From Guillardia theta CCMP2712 (Eukaryota; Protista; Cryptophyta), in NCBI RefSeq assembly GCF_000315625.1, contig NW_005434613.1, positions 209,309 to 273,308 on the forward strand: 64,000 nucleotides of DNA, written 5' to 3'. Below the pieces are notes generated by a model, which searched no databases, was not told the origin of the DNA, and saw nothing but the letters and a program-made list of their open reading frames with translations. The position numbers and the translations under genes are program-made. This document shows, in pieces, positions 62,229 through 64,000 of this stretch (position 1 is the first letter of the stretch; each line of letters starts with the position of its first letter).

Positions 62229-64000
62229 AGTGCTGTGAGCAGGAGGAGGGAGATGGGAGGGGAGGAGTGGAGAGGAGCGAATAGAGGAGGAGGAGGAGGA
62301 GGAGGAGGAGGAGGGAGGAGGAGGAGGAGGAGGAAGTGGTGGTGGTGGTGGGCGGCACCATGAAGGGGATGACCAGTTGTCGAGCTCTGCTCTCCGAGAC
62401 GTATGCTGAGGCCTTTGGACCATCCTGCAAGAGCAGAGGAGGAGAGAAGAAGAAAAGGACGAAAAGGAGGAGGGGAAAGTTAAGAGGAGAACAAAAAGAT
62501 GAGAAGAGGGGAAGATGGAGAGGGAGGAGTGGGGGAGAGAAAGAAGGAGATCGTAAGGTTTTGAAGATGTTGAAAGAAGTTCAAACCTTGAGGTCCAATA
62601 GTTTCACGTCTGATCGCTTGCTGGGGTCAAAAGCTCCTTGTCCTGTTGTACTGATTTCATTCGTCTCACCCTCATACATAACTAAGGTCGAGAGGAGATG
62701 ATGAGATGAGATGAGATGAGATGAGATGAGATGAGATGAGATGAGATGAGATGAGATGAGATGAGATGAGATGAGATGAGATGAGATGAGATGAGATGAT
62801 GAAAAGACAGGCAAGACAAGACAAGTTGAGAAATGCTTCTGGAGGATAAGCAGGATATACGATAAGATCAAGGAAGATTGTAAGATAAGGTTGTAAGATA
62901 AGGTTGTAAGATAAGGTTGTAAGATAAGGTTGTAAGATAAGGTTGTAAGATAAGGTTGTAAGATAAGTCATGCTCTGTGTCGTCACCGTAAAGGTCCATC
63001 GTCTGCTTCTTCGTCTTGCCGACAAGTTTCATCAGCTGAGAACAAAGTCAGATGCACAACCGCTGAAGAACAAGCTAACGCAACGACGACAAGAACTAAT
63101 GAAAGCAAGAATGAAGGCAAGACTAGACAACACTAGACAAGACAAGACAAGAATAGACAAGACAAGAAAAGACAAGATAAGACAAGAAAAGAAAAGAAAA
63201 GACAAGACAAGACAGGACAGGACAAGAATCAGAAAATGAGCGGAAGAACGAAGTGTCTGCTTGATGAACCTGACTCAAGTTCAACCAGATGGTTCCCTTG
63301 TCATCGATGTGAATCGCAGCTTTCAACCCGCAGACCTTGTAGGCTCGCAGTCAGAACAAGAGCAGCAGCATGGATTGCGAAGCACATGAAAAGAAACAGA
63401 GATGGAGACAAATCAAATGTCGACATGTCGGAGATGAAAAAGCTCACAGGCAACAAGGAATTGGACAGAACATGAGGAAAACAAAGAAAATAAGGAGAGA
63501 GAAAGGAGGAAAGATAGTCAGCCAAAGGAAGAAATAACACAGGTCGCAACGACTAGATCACAAGAAATGTCGTTAACAAACAATGTCAACCAGAAGGCAA
63601 CAACATGGAATAACAAACAACATGGAATAACAACATAGAATAACAAACAACGTCGAATGACAACATGGAAAGACAACACAATGAAATGACGACAACAAGG
63701 AATGACATCAACAATTAAGATCATCAACAACTTACACGGACATAGAGAGGTCTGCTCATGTCATAATGTGATGGGCAGAAATGCCACGAGCAGCAGTCTT
63801 CTCTCGTGGGATTGTGACCCACACCCTTCCATCCAGCGTCAGGGATCCTCCTCCTCCTCCCTCCTCCCTCCTCCTCCTCCTCCTCCTCCTCCTTCCCTTC
63901 CCCCATACTTTACCCTCTCCTCCTTCATTATCATCCTACTTTGCTCCCTCCCTCCCTACATTTCGAGTCCTCTTGCCATCTTTCCTTCCTCTCCTCTCCT
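62194..64000 (-). CDS. 3' part of an unidentified multi-exon gene
   Basis: Short exons such as KAAIHIDDKGTIWLNLSQ and VMYEGETNEISTTGQGAFDPSKRSDVKLLDLK between microsatellite-filled introns. Confidence 0.4.
62696..62797 (+). repeat. (ATGAG)n microsatellite
   Basis: About 20 tandem units. Confidence 0.95.
62878..62967 (+). repeat. 13-bp minisatellite (GGTTGTAAGATAA)n
   Basis: About 6-7 tandem units. Confidence 0.95.

Noticed and set aside
1-64000. rRNA, tRNA, LTR/LINE retroelements or viral hallmark genes
   Set aside because: None recognised by eye; the polymerase is an intron-rich organellar POP, not viral. tRNAscan-SE/Infernal were not run.

Overview
Eukaryotic nuclear DNA: gene-dense, with many short GT-AG introns carrying CTGAC-like branch points and (GGA)n/(CCT)n tracts, and three N gaps. 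An alga of the cryptophyte type is my inference, not proven. Recognisable genes are an organellar family-A DNA polymerase (POP), a signal-peptide double-CBM48 protein, a DUF4258-like/ankyrin locus, a FkbM methyltransferase, an RCC1-repeat protein, a GOST-type 7TM protein, a tandem array of intronless SHAQKH-type MYB genes, a CHAT-SAM-Schlafen-like helicase, a decayed PIF/Harbinger transposon, a type II peroxiredoxin, an M20 peptidase and a multi-pass membrane protein spliced to an alpha-kinase. The most interesting candidates are (1) the CHAT protease-SAM-SLFN-type helicase, an immune sensor-effector architecture; (2) the polytopic membrane alpha-kinase; (3) the MYB array, whose upstream ~470 bp segment is inverted between duplicate copies; (4) the RelE-like DUF4258/ankyrin locus; (5) a cluster of perfect hairpins next to the Harbinger. 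Exon models were built by eye and domain calls come from motif recognition; no database search was run.
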